DNA of 64,000 nucleotides, taken from the NCBI RefSeq assembly GCF_009914755.1, contig NC_060940.1, one strand, 5' to 3'. The position numbers and the translations under genes were made by a program. A model generated the notes under the pieces. That model had not been told where the DNA came from. It saw nothing but the letters and a program-made list of their open reading frames with translations, and searched no databases. The DNA is from the human T2T-CHM13v2.0 reference genome, Homo sapiens. Shown piece after piece: positions 44,501 to 57,586 of the stretch (positions within the stretch are counted from its first letter, which is position 1; the number at the start of each line of letters is the position of its first letter).

Positions 44501-47500
44501 ATTTCATTCCATTCGATGATGATTCCATTCGATTCCATTCGATGATTCCATTTGATTCCATGCGACGGTGAGCAATTCGATTCAATTCCATGATGATTCT
44601 ATTTGATTCAATTAGATGATGTTTCCATTCGAATCCATTCCATGATTATTCCATTGGAATCCATTCGGCGATGATTCCATATGAGTCAATTCAATGATGA
44701 TTCCATATGGGTCCGTTCGATGATAATTCCATTTGATTTCATTCGATGCTTCTATTCTATACCAGTCGATGATGATTCCGTTGGAGTCCATACGATGATT
44801 CCATTTGATTTCATTTGATGATGATTCCATTTGATGATGATTACATTGGATTCCATTCTATGATTCCATTCAATTCCATTCGTTGATGATTCGATTCCAT
44901 TCAATGATGATTCCATTTGAGTTCATTCGATGATTCTATTCGATTCCGTTCGATGGTGACTCAATTCTATTATACTGGATGATTCCAGTCGATTCCATTT
45001 GATGATTATTCCATTGGAGTCCACTTAGTGAATCCTTTAGATTCTACTCGACGATGATTCCATTCGAGTCCATTCGATGATACCATTCAATTCCATTCGT
45101 TGATGCTTCCATTCAAGTGCATTCGATGATATCATTCGATTCCATTTGATGATAATTCCATTTGATTCCATGCGATGATTCTATTCGATTCCATTCAATG
45201 ATAATTCCATTCAATTCAGTGATTCCTCTGGACTCCATTTGATGATGATTCCATTCAATGATTCCATTCGATTCTATTCGAAAATGATTCCATTTGAATC
45301 CATTTGATGATGATTCCATTAGATTCCATTTGATGATTCCATTCGATTCCATTCGACGATGATTCCATTCGATTCCGTTTGATGATTCCATTCTATTCTA
45401 TTCGATGATGATTCCATTCGATTCCATTCGATGATGATTGGATTCGATTCCATTTGATGATTTCATTTGATTCCATTCGTTAATGATTTCGATCAATTCC
45501 ATTCGATGATTCCATTCGATTCCATTCGATAATGATTACATCCGAGTCCATTCGATGATTCCATTGGAGCCTGTTCGATAATTCCATTTGAGTCCAACCA
45601 ATGATTCCATTCATTTCCATTCAATGATTCCATTCGAGTCCATTTGATCATTCCGGTAGGGTCCATTCGATGTTGATTCCATTGGAGTGCATTCGATGAT
45701 TCCATTCGAGTCCATTTTAGGATTTGATTCGAGTCCTTTCGATGATTCCATTCGATTCCACTCGATGATGATTTCATTCGAGTCCATTCGACACTTCCAA
45801 TCGATTCCATTTGATGATTCCATTCGAGTCCAATTGATGATTCCATTCAATTCCATTCGATGATGATTCCGTACGATTCCATTCTGTGATGATTCCATGT
45901 GATTGCATTCAATGATGATTCCTTTCGATTGCATTCGATTATGATTCATTTCGTGTTCATTCTATGGTTCCACAGGTTTCCATTCGTGTCCATTCCATTA
46001 TTCCATTCTATTCCATTTGATGATGATTCCATTCGATTCCATTCATTGGTGATTCCACTCAATTCCATTCAATGATTCCATTCCATTTTTTCAACAATGA
46101 TTCCATTAGTTTCTAATCGATGATCCACTTGATTCCATTTGACGACGATTCCATTCTTGTCCATTCGATGATTCCATTTGATTCCATATGATGATGATTC
46201 CATTCGATTCCATACCATGATGATTCCATTCGAGTCCATTCAATGGTGATTCCATTCAATTCCATTCGATGATTCCTTTCGATTGCATTCGATGATGATG
46301 GCATTCGATTCCTTTCAATCATTCCCTTTGATTCCATTCAAAGGTGATTTCATTCAAGTCCATTCGATAATTGCATTCGATTCCATTCTATGATGATTCC
46401 ATTCGAGTCCATTTGATGATTCCATTCAATTCAAGTCAATGATGATTCCATTCGATTCCATTCGATGATTCCATTGGATTCCATTCGATGATGATTCCAT
46501 TCAAATCCATTCGATAATTCAATTCAAGTCCATTCGATGATGATTCCAATCGAATCCATTCAAAGATTCCATTCAGTTCCATTCGATGATTCCCTTAGAT
46601 TCCATTCGATGATTCCACTTGATTGCATTTACGATGATTCCATTCGATTCCATGTGATGATTCCATTCAATTCTATTCAATGATGTCTCCATTTGATTCC
46701 ATTCGACCATGATTGCCTTTGATTCCATTCAATGATTCCATTCGGTTCCGTTTGATGATGATTCCGTTCGATTCCATTTGATGATTCCATTTGATTCCAT
46801 TGGATGAGTCCATTCGATTACATTCGATGATTATTCCATTCGAGTGCATTAGATGATTCCATTCGAGTCCATTCGATGATTCTATTCGATTCCATTCGAT
46901 GTTGATTCTGTTCAAATCCATTCGATGATTCCACTCGATTCCATTCGATGACTCCATTTGATCCCATTCGATGATTTCCTGTGATTCCCTTTGATGATCA
47001 TTCCATTTGATTCAATTCGGTGATTTCATTTGATTCCATTCAGTGATGTTTCCATTCGACTCCATTCGATGATGATTCCATTCGACTCCATTCGATTATG
47101 ATTTCATTCAATTCCATTCGATAATGATTCCCTTCGAGTCCATTCGATGATTCCATTCGATTCCATTCAACGATGATTTGATTCGTGTCCATTCGATGAT
47201 TCCATTTGATTCCACTTGATGATGATTCCATTCGAGTCCATTTGATGATTCCATTCAATTCCATACTCCGATGAATTCTTTTGAGCCCACTCAATGCTTC
47301 CACTCGATTCCATATGATGATGACTCCATTCGATGAAATTCGATGATGATTCCATTCGCTTGCTTTCGATGATGATTCCACTTGAGTCCGTTAGAAGATT
47401 CTATTCAATTACATTCCAGGACGATTCCGTTCGAGTCCATTTGATGATTCCATTAGACTCCATTCGACGATGATTCCATTCGATGTTATTCGATGATTCC

Positions 47501-49270
47501 ATTCGATCTCATTCGATGATGATTCCATTCAACTCCATTCGATGTTTCCATTCGAGTTCATTCTATTATTCCATTAGATTCCATTCGATGATGATTCCAT
47601 TCGATTCCATTTGATGATTGCATTCTATTTCATTTGATGATGATTCCATTCGAGTCCACTCGATGATTCCATTCGAGTCCATTTAATGAATCCATTGGTT
47701 TCAATTCTATGATGATTACATTGGATTTCATTCGTTGATGATTTCATTCGGTTCCATTCAATGATGATTCCATTCAATTCCTTTCAATGTTTCCATTCAA
47801 TTCCATACGATGATGATTCCATTTGATTTGATTCGACAGTGAGCCATTCGATTCAATTCCATGATGATTCTATTTGATTCAATTGGTTGACATTTCCATT
47901 CGATTCCATTCGATGATGATTCCCTTTGATTCCATTCAAAGATGATTCCATTCTAGCCCATTCAATCATTCCATTCGATTCTATTCAATGATGATTCCAT
48001 TCATGTCGATTTGGTGATTCCACTTGACTTCATTTGATGATGATTCCTTTCAAGTTCATTAGATGATTCCATTCGATTCCATTTGATGATGATCCCATTC
48101 GAGTCCATTCAGTGATTCCATTCGTTTCCATTCCATGATGATTCCATTCCATTCCATTCAATGATTCCATTCGATTCCGTTTGATGATGATTTCATTCGA
48201 GTCCATTTAATGATTCCATTTGATTCCATTCGATGATGATTCCATTCGAGTCCATTCGATGATTCTATTCGAATCCATTTGATGATTTCTTTTGATTATA
48301 GTTGGTGATGATTCCATTGGAGTCCATTCAATGATTCCATTCGATTCCAATCGATGATGATTCCATTAGAGTCCATTTAATGTTTCCATTTGATTCCAGT
48401 CTCTGATGATTACATTCGAGTCCATACGATGATTCCACTCAATTCCATATGATGATGATTCCATTTGATTCCATTCGGTGATTCCATTCTATTCTATTCA
48501 ATGGTGATTCCATTCGAGTACATTAGATGATTCCATTCGATTCCATTCAATGATGATTCTATTTGTGTCCCTTAGATGATTCCACATGATTCCATTAGAT
48601 GATGATACTATTTGAGCCCATCCAATGATTCCCTTCGATTCCATTCGATGAGGATTCCATTCGATTCAATTCATTGGTGATTCTATTCAATTCAATTCTT
48701 TGATTCCATTCCATTCCATTCGACAATGATTCCATTCGATTTCTTTCGATGATTCCACTCGATTCCACTTGACATTGATTCCATTCGATTCCATTCAATG
48801 ATTCCATTTGATTCCAGTGGATGATGATTGCCATCGATTCCATTCGATCACTCCATTCTATTCCATTTGATGATGATTACATTCGATTCCATTTGATGAT
48901 TCCATCTGATTCTATTCGAGGATTCCATTTGATTCCATTCGATGATGATTCCATTCGAGTCCATTCGATGATTTCATTCGAGTACATCCAATGATTCCAT
49001 TCGAGTCCATTAGATGATTCCATTTGATTCCATTTGAAAATGATTCTACTAGAGTCCATTCAATGACTCCATTCGAGTCCATTCAACAATTCCATTCGAC
49101 TCCATTCGATGATTCCATTCGATTCCATTTGATGGTTCCATTCGAGTCCATTTAATCATTACAGTCGAGTCCATTTGGTGATTCCACTGGATTTCTTTTG
49201 ATAATGATACCATTCAATTACATTTGATGATGATCCCATTCAATTTCATTTGATGATGATTCCATTAGAG
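11465..49270 (+). repeat. Homogeneous core of 6,112-bp higher-order repeats (~6.2 copies)
   Basis: Homologous ORFs recur at exact 6112 steps: 14553/20665/26777/32889/39001/45113, 13348/19460/25572/31684/37796/43908 and 11924/18036/24148/30260/36372/42484. Copies differ only by sparse SNVs and a 1-bp deletion near 46088. Confidence 0.96.
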
Positions 49271-51500
49271 TCCATTCGATGATTTCATTCGAGTACATCC
49301 AATGATTCCATTCGAGTCCATTAGATGATTCCATTTGATTCCATTTGATAATGATTCTACTAGAGTCCATTCAATGACTCCATTGGAGTCCATTCAACAA
49401 TTCCATTCGACTCCATTTGATGATTCCATTCGATTCCATTCGATGATTCCATTCGAGTCCATTTAATCATTACAGTCGAGTCCATTTGGTGATTCCACCG
49501 GATTTCTTTTGATAATGATACCATTCAATTACATTTGATGATGATCCCATTCAATTTCATTTGATGATGATTCCATTAGAGTCCATTCGATGATTTCATT
49601 CGAGTCCCTTCATTGATTCCATCCGATTTCATTGGATGATGACTCCATTCGAGTCCATTCGATGATTCCACTCGATTCCATTAGATGATTCCATTGGAGT
49701 CCATTTGATTGTTCCATTCGATTCCATTCGATTCCTTTCGAAGATTATTCCATTTGAGTCCATTCGATGATGATTCCATTCCATTCCATTCGATGATTCC
49801 GTTTGATTCCATTCGATGATTCCCTTCGATTCCTTTCTTTGATGATTCCATTCCATTCCATTCAATGATTCCATTCGAATCTATTCCATGATGATTCCTT
49901 TCGATTCCATTCGCTGATGTTTCCGTTCAATTCCATTCGATGATGATTCCATTCGATTCCATTCATTGAGGATTCCATTTGATTCCATTCAATGATGATT
50001 CCGTTCTATTCCATTCAATGATTGCATTCAATTCCATTCAGTGATTATCCCCTTAGAGTAAACTCAACGATTCCATTCAATACCATTCGATGATGATTCC
50101 TTTTGAGTCCATTCAATGATTTCATTCAAGTCCATTTGATGATTCCTTTCAATTCCATTCTATGATGATTCCATTCGAGACCATTCGATGATTCCATTCG
50201 ATTGCATTCGATGATTCCATTATATTCCAGTCAACGATGATTCCATTCGAGTCCATTCGATGATTCCATTAGAGTACATTTAATGATTGCTTTGTTTTCA
50301 ATTCGAAGATGATTACATTGGATTCCATTCTATGATACCATTCGATTCCATTCAATGATGATTCCACTCAAATCCATTGGATGATTCCATTCGTGTCCAT
50401 TCGGTGATTTCATTAGATTCCATTCGAGGATGATTCCATTCCAGTCCATATGATCATTCCATTTGATTTCATTCGATGATGATTCCATTCGATTCCATTC
50501 GATGATTCCATTCTATTCCATTCGATGATGATTCCATTCGAGTCCATTCGATGATTCCATTCGAGTCCATTTAATGATTCCATTGGGTTCAATTCAATGA
50601 TGATTACATTGGATTCCGTTCTATGATTCCATTCAATTCCGTTCATTGACAATTTGATTCCATTCGATGATGATTCCATTGGAGTTCATTCGATGATTCT
50701 ATTCGATTCTCTTCGATGGTGATTCAATTCTATTATATTGGATGATTCCATTCGATTCCATTTGATGTTGATTCAATTCGATTCTATTCGATGATGATTC
50801 CATTGGATTTCACTTGATGATTCTATTCGATTCCATTCAATGATGATTCACTTCTCGTCCATTGGATGATTCCATTTCATTCCATTCGATGATGATTCCA
50901 TTCGATTCCATTCGATGATTCCATTTGATTCCATGCGTCGGTGAGCAATTCGATTCAATTCCATGATGATTCTATTTGATTCAATTAGATGATGTTTCCA
51001 TTCGAATCCATTCCATGATTATTCCATTGGAATCCATTCGGCGATGATTCCATATGAGTCAATTCAATGATGATTCCATATGGGTCCGTTCGATGATAAT
51101 TCCATTTGATTTCATTCGATGCTTCTATTCAATTCCAGTCGATGATGATTCCGTTGGAGTCCATACGATGATTCCATTTGATTTCATTTGATGATGATTC
51201 CATTCGATGATGATTACATTGGATTCCATTCTATGATTCCATTCAATTCCATTCGTTGATGATTCGATTCCATTCAATGATGATTCCATTTGAGTTCATT
51301 CGATGATTCTATTCGATTCCGTTCGATGGTGATTCAATTCTCTTATATTGGATGATTCCACTCGATTCCATTTGATGATAATTCCATTGGAGTCCACTTA
51401 GTGAATCCTTTAGATTCTACTCGAAGATGATTCCATTCGAGTCCATTCGATGATACCATTCAATTCCATTCGTTGATGCTTCCATTCAAGTGCATTCGAT
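45128..51500 (+). repeat. HOR unit of 6,373 bp (1-bp deletion, 311-bp tandem duplication, 49-bp deletion)
   Basis: 6112-1+311-49=6373 matches ORF spacing 45113 to 51486; events visible at ~46088, ~49270 and ~50435. Confidence 0.92.
48960..49592 (+). repeat. 311-bp local tandem duplication inside a HOR unit
   Basis: gagtacatcc at 48980 and 49291; ctactagag, ttaatcattacagtcg and gataatgataccattcaattac each occur twice 311 bp apart, but once in other units. Confidence 0.93.
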
Positions 51501-54500
51501 GATATCATTCGATTCCATTTGATGATAATTCCATTTGATTCCATGCGATGATTCTATTCGATTCCATTCAATGATAATTCCATTCAGTTCAGTGATTCCT
51601 CTGGACTCCATTTGATGATGATTCCATTCAATGATTCCATTCGATTCTATTCCAGAATGATTCCATTTGAATCCATTTGATGATGATTCCATTAGATTCC
51701 ATTTGATGATTCCATTCGATTCCATTTGACGATGATTCCATTCGATTCCATTTGATGATTCCATTCTATTCTATTCGATGATGATTCCATTCGATTCCAT
51801 TCTATGATGATTGGATTCGATTCCATTTGATGATTTCATTTGATTCCATTCGTTAATGATTTCGATCAATTCCATTCGATGATTCCATTCGATTCCATTC
51901 GATAATGATTACATCCGAGTCCATTCGGTGATTCCATTTGAGCCTGTTCGATAATTCCATTTGAGTCCAACCAATGATTCCATTCATTTCCATTCAATGA
52001 TTCCATTCGAGTCCATTCGATCATTCTGGTATTGTCCATTCGATGTTGATTCCATTGGAGTGCATTCGATGATTCCATTCGAGTCCATTTTATGATTTGA
52101 TTCGAGTCCTTTCGATGATTCCATTCGATTCCACTCGATGATGATTTCATTCGAGTCCATTCGACACTTCCAATCGATTCCATTTGATGTTTCCATTCGA
52201 GTCCAATTGATGATTCCATTCAATTCCATTCGATGATGATTCCGTACGATTCCATTCTGTGATGATTCCATGTGATTGCATTCAATGATGATTCCTTTCG
52301 ATTGCATTCGATTATGATTCATTTCGTGTTCATTCTATGGTTCCACAGGTTTCCATTCGTGTCCATTCCATTATTCCATTCTATTCCATTTGATGATGAT
52401 TCCATTCGATTCCATTCATTGGTGATTCCACTCAATTCCATTCAATGATTCCATTCCATTTCTTTCAACAATGATTCCATTAGTTTCTAATCGATGATCC
52501 ACTTGATTCCATTTGACGACGATTCCATTCTTGTCCATTCGATGATTCCATTTGATTGCATATGATGATGATTCCATTCGATTCCATACGATGATGATTC
52601 CATTCGAGTCCATTCAATGGTGATTCCATTCAATTCCATTCGATGATTCCTTTTGATTCCATTCGATGATGATGGCATTCGATTCCTTTCAATCATTCCC
52701 TTTGATTCCATTCAAAGGTGATTTCATTCAAGTCCATTCGATAATTGCATTCGATTCCATTCTATGATGATTCCATTCGAGTCCATTTGATGATTCCATT
52801 CAATTCAAGTCAATGATGATTCCATTCGATTCCATTCGATGATTCCATTGGATTCCATTCGATGATGATTCCATTCAAATCCATTCGATAATTCAATTCA
52901 AGTCCATTCGATGATGATTAAAATCGAATCCATTCAAAGATTCCATTCAGTTCCATTCGATGATTCCCTTAGATTCCATTCGATGATTCCACTTGATTCC
53001 ATTTACGATGATTCCATTCGATTCCATGTGATGATTCCATTCAATTCTATTCAATGCTGTTTCCATTTGATTCCATTCGACCATGATTGCCTTTGATTCC
53101 ATTCAATGACTCCATTCGGTTCCTTTTGATGATGATTCCGTTCGATTCCATTTCATTATTCCATTTGATTCCATTGGATGAGTCCATTCGATTACATTCG
53201 ATGATTATTCCATTCGAGTGCATTAGATGATTCCATTCGAGTCCATTCGATGATTCCATTCGATTCCATTCGATGTTGATTCTGTTCAAATCCATTCGAT
53301 GATTCCACTCGATTCCATTCGATGACTCCAGTTGATCCCATTCGATGATTTCCTTTGATTCCCTTTGATGATCATTCCATTTGATTCAATTCGGTGATTT
53401 CATTTGATTCCATTCAGTGATGTTTCCATTCGACTCCATTCGATGATGATTCCATTCGACTCCATTCGATTATGATTTCATTCAATTCCATTCGATAATG
53501 ATTCCCTTCGAGTCCATTCGATGATTCCATTCGATTCCATTCAACGATGATTTGATTCGTGTCCATTCGATGATTCCATTTGATTCCACTTGATGATGAT
53601 TCCATTCGAGTCCATTTGATGATTCCATTCAATTCCATTCTCCGATGATTTCTTTTGAGCCCATTCAATGCTTCCACTCGATTCCATATGATGATGACTC
53701 CATTCGATGAAATTCGATGATGATTCCACTTGAGTCCATTAGAAGATTCTATTCAATTACATTCCATGACGATTCCGTTCGAGTCCATTTGATGATTCCA
53801 TTAGACTCCATTCGACGATGATTCCATTCGATGTTATTCGATGATTCCATTCGATCTCATTCGATGATGATTCCATTCAACTCCATTCGATGTTTCCATT
53901 CGAGTTCATTCTATTATTCCATTAGATTCCATTCGATGATGATTCCATTCGATTCCATTTGATGATTGCATTCTATTTCATTTGATGATGATTCCATTCG
54001 AGTCCACTCGATGATTCCATTCGAATCCATTTAATGAATCCATTGGTTTCAATTCTATGATGATTACATTGGATTCCATTCGTTGATGATTTCATTCGGT
54101 TCCATTCAATGATGATTCCATTCAATTCCTTTCAATGTTTCCATTCAATTCCATACGATTATGATTCCATTTGATTTGATTCGACAGTGAGCCATTCGAT
54201 TCAATTCCATGATGATTCTATTTGATTCCATTGGTTGACATTTCCATTCGATTCCATTCGATGATGATTCCCTTTGATTCCATTCAAAGATGATTCCATT
54301 CTAGCCCATTCAATCATTCCATTCGATTCTATTCAATGATGATTCCATTCATGTCGATTTGGTGATTCCATTTGACTTCATTTGATGATGATTCCTTTCA
54401 AGTTCATTAGATGATTCCATTCGATTCCATTTGATGATGATCCCATTCGAGTCCATTCAGTGATTCCACTCGTTTCCATTCCATGATGATTCCATTCCAT

Positions 54501-57500
54501 TCCATTCAATGATTCCATTCGATTCCGTTTGATGATGATTTCATTCGAGTCCATTTGATGATTCCATTTGATTCCATTCGATGATGATTCCATTCGAGTC
54601 CATTCGATGATTCTATTCGAATCCATTTGATGATTTCTTTTGATTATAGTTGGTGATGATTCCATTGGAGTCCATTCAATGATTCCATTTGATTCCAATC
54701 GATGGTGATTCCATTAGAGTCCATTTAATGATTCCATTTGATTCCAGTCTCTGATGATTACATTCGAGTCCATACGATGATTCCACTCAATTCCATATCA
54801 TGATGATTCCATTCGATTCCATTCGATGATTCCATTCTATTCTATTCAATGGTGATTCCATTCGAGTACATTAGATGATTCCATTCGATTCCATTCAATG
54901 ATGATTCTATTTGTGTCCCTTAGATGATTCCACATGATTCCATTAGATGATGATACTATTTGAGCCCATCCAATGATTCCCTTCGATTCCATTCGATGAG
55001 GATTCCATTCGATTCAATTCATTGGTGATTCTATTCAATTCAATTCTTTGATTCCATTCCATTCCATTCGACAATGATTCCATTCGATTTCTTTCGATGA
55101 TTCCACTCGATTCCACTTGACATTGATTCCCTTCGATTCCATTCAATGATTCCATTTGATTCCAGTGGATGATGATTGCCATCGATTCCATTCGATCACT
55201 CCATTCTATTCCATTTGATGATGATTACATTCGATTCCATTTGACGATTCCATCTGATTCTATTCGAGGATTCCATTTGATTCCATTCGATGATGATTCC
55301 ATTCGAGTCCATTCGATGATTTCATTCGAGTACATCCAATGATTCCATTCGAGTCCATTTGATGATTCCATTTGATTCCATTTGATAATGATTCTACTAG
55401 AGTCCATTCAATGACTCCATTGGAGTCCATTCAACAATTCCATTCGACTCCATTTGATGATTCCATTCGATTCCATTTGATGATTCCATTCGAGTCCATT
55501 TAATCATTACAGTCGAGTCCATTTGGTGATTCCACCGGATTTCTTTTGATAATGATACCATTCAATTACATTTGATGATGATCCCATTCAATTTCATTTG
55601 ATGATGATTCCATTAGAGTCCATTCGATGATTTCATTCGAGTCCCTTCACTGATTCCATCCGATTTCATTGGATGATGACTCCATTCGAGTCCATTCGAT
55701 GATTCCACTCGATTCCATTAGATGATTCCATTGGAGTCCATTTGATTGTTCCATTCGATTCCATTCGATTCCTTTCGAAGATTATTCCATTTGAGTCCAT
55801 TCGATGATGATTCCATTCCATTCCATTCGATGATTCCGTTTGATTCCATTCGATGATTCCCTTCGATTCCTTTCTTTGATGATTCCATTCCATTCCATTC
55901 AATGATTCCATTCGAATCTATTCCATGATGATTCCTTTCGATTCCATTCGCTGATGTTTCCGTTCAATTCCATTCGATGATGATTCCATTCGATTCCATT
56001 CATTGAGGATTCCATTTGATTCCATTCAATGATGATTCCATTCTATTCCATTCAATGATTGCATTCAATTCCATTCAGTGATTATCCCATTAGAGTAAAC
56101 TCAACGATTCCATTCAATACCATTCGATGATGATTCCTTTTGAGTCCATTCAATGATTTCATTCAAGTCCATTTGATGATTCCTTTCAATTCCATTCTAT
56201 GATGATTCCATTCGAGTCCATTCGATGATTCCATTCGATTGCATTCGATTATTCCATTATATTCCAGTCAATGATGATTCCATTCGAGTCCATTCGATGA
56301 TTCCATTAGAGTACATTTAATGATTGCTTTGTTTTCAATTCGAAGATGATTACATTGGATTCCATTCTATGATACCATTCGATTCCATTCAATGATGATT
56401 CCACTCAAATCCATTGGATGATTCCATTCGTGTCCATTCGGTGATTTCATTAGATTCCATTCGAGGATGATTCCATTCGATTCCATTCGATGATTCCATT
56501 CAATTCCATTCGATGAAGATTCCATTCCAGTCCATATGATCATTCCATTTGATTTCATTCGATGATGATTCCATTCGATTCCATTCGATGATTCCATTCT
56601 ATTCCATTCGATGATGATTCCATTGGAGTCCATTCGATGATTGCATTCGAGTCCATTTAATGATTCCATTGGGTTCAATTCAATGATGATTACATTGGAT
56701 TCCGTTCTATGATTCCATTCAATTCCGTTCATTGACAATTTGATTCCATTCGATGATGATTCCATTTGAGTTCATTCGATGATTCTATTCGATTCTCTTC
56801 GATGGTGATTCAATTCTATTATATTGGATGATTCCATTCGATTCCATTTGATGTTGATTCAATTCGATTCTATTCGATGATGATTCCATTGGATTTCACT
56901 TGATGATTCTATTCGATTCCATTCAATGATGATTCACTTCTCGTCCATTGGATGATTCCATTTCATTCCATTCGATGATGATTCCATTCGATTCCATTCG
57001 ATGATTCCATTTGATTCCATGCGACGGTGAGCAACTCGATTCAATTCCATGATGATTCTATTTGATTCAATTAGATGATGTTTCCATTCGAATCCATTCC
57101 ATGATTATTCCATTGGAATCCATTTGGCGATGATTCCATATGAGTCAATTCAATGATGATTCCATATGGGTCCGTTCGATGATAATTCCATTTGATTTCA
57201 TTCGATGCTTCTATTCAATTCCAGTCGATGATGATTGCGTTGGAGTCCATACGATGATTCCATTTGATTTCATTTGATGATGATTCCATTCGATGATGAT
57301 TACATTGGATTCCATTCTATGATTCCATTCAATTCCATTCGTTGATGATTCGATTCCATTCAATGATGATTCCATTTGAGTTCATTCGATGATTCTATTC
57401 GATTCCGTTCGATGGTGATTCAATTCTCTTATATTGGATGATTCCACTCGATTCCATTTGATGATTATTCCATTGGAGTCCACTTAGTGAATCCTTTAGA

Positions 57501-57586
57501 TTCTACTCGAAGATGATTCCATTCGAGTCCATTCAATGATACCATTCAATTTCATTCGTTGATGCTTCCATTCAAGTGCATTCGAT
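51501..57586 (+). repeat. Diverged HOR unit of 6,086 bp (lacks one 26-bp monomer at ~53725)
   Basis: ttccattcgcttgctttcgatgatga, present in core units (e.g. 16791-16816), is absent; ORF spacing 51486 to 57572 = 6086. Confidence 0.92.

Noticed and set aside
52911-53096. Single plus-strand 61-aa ORF
   Set aside because: A chance opening among TGATGA stops, low complexity and not reported in sister units.
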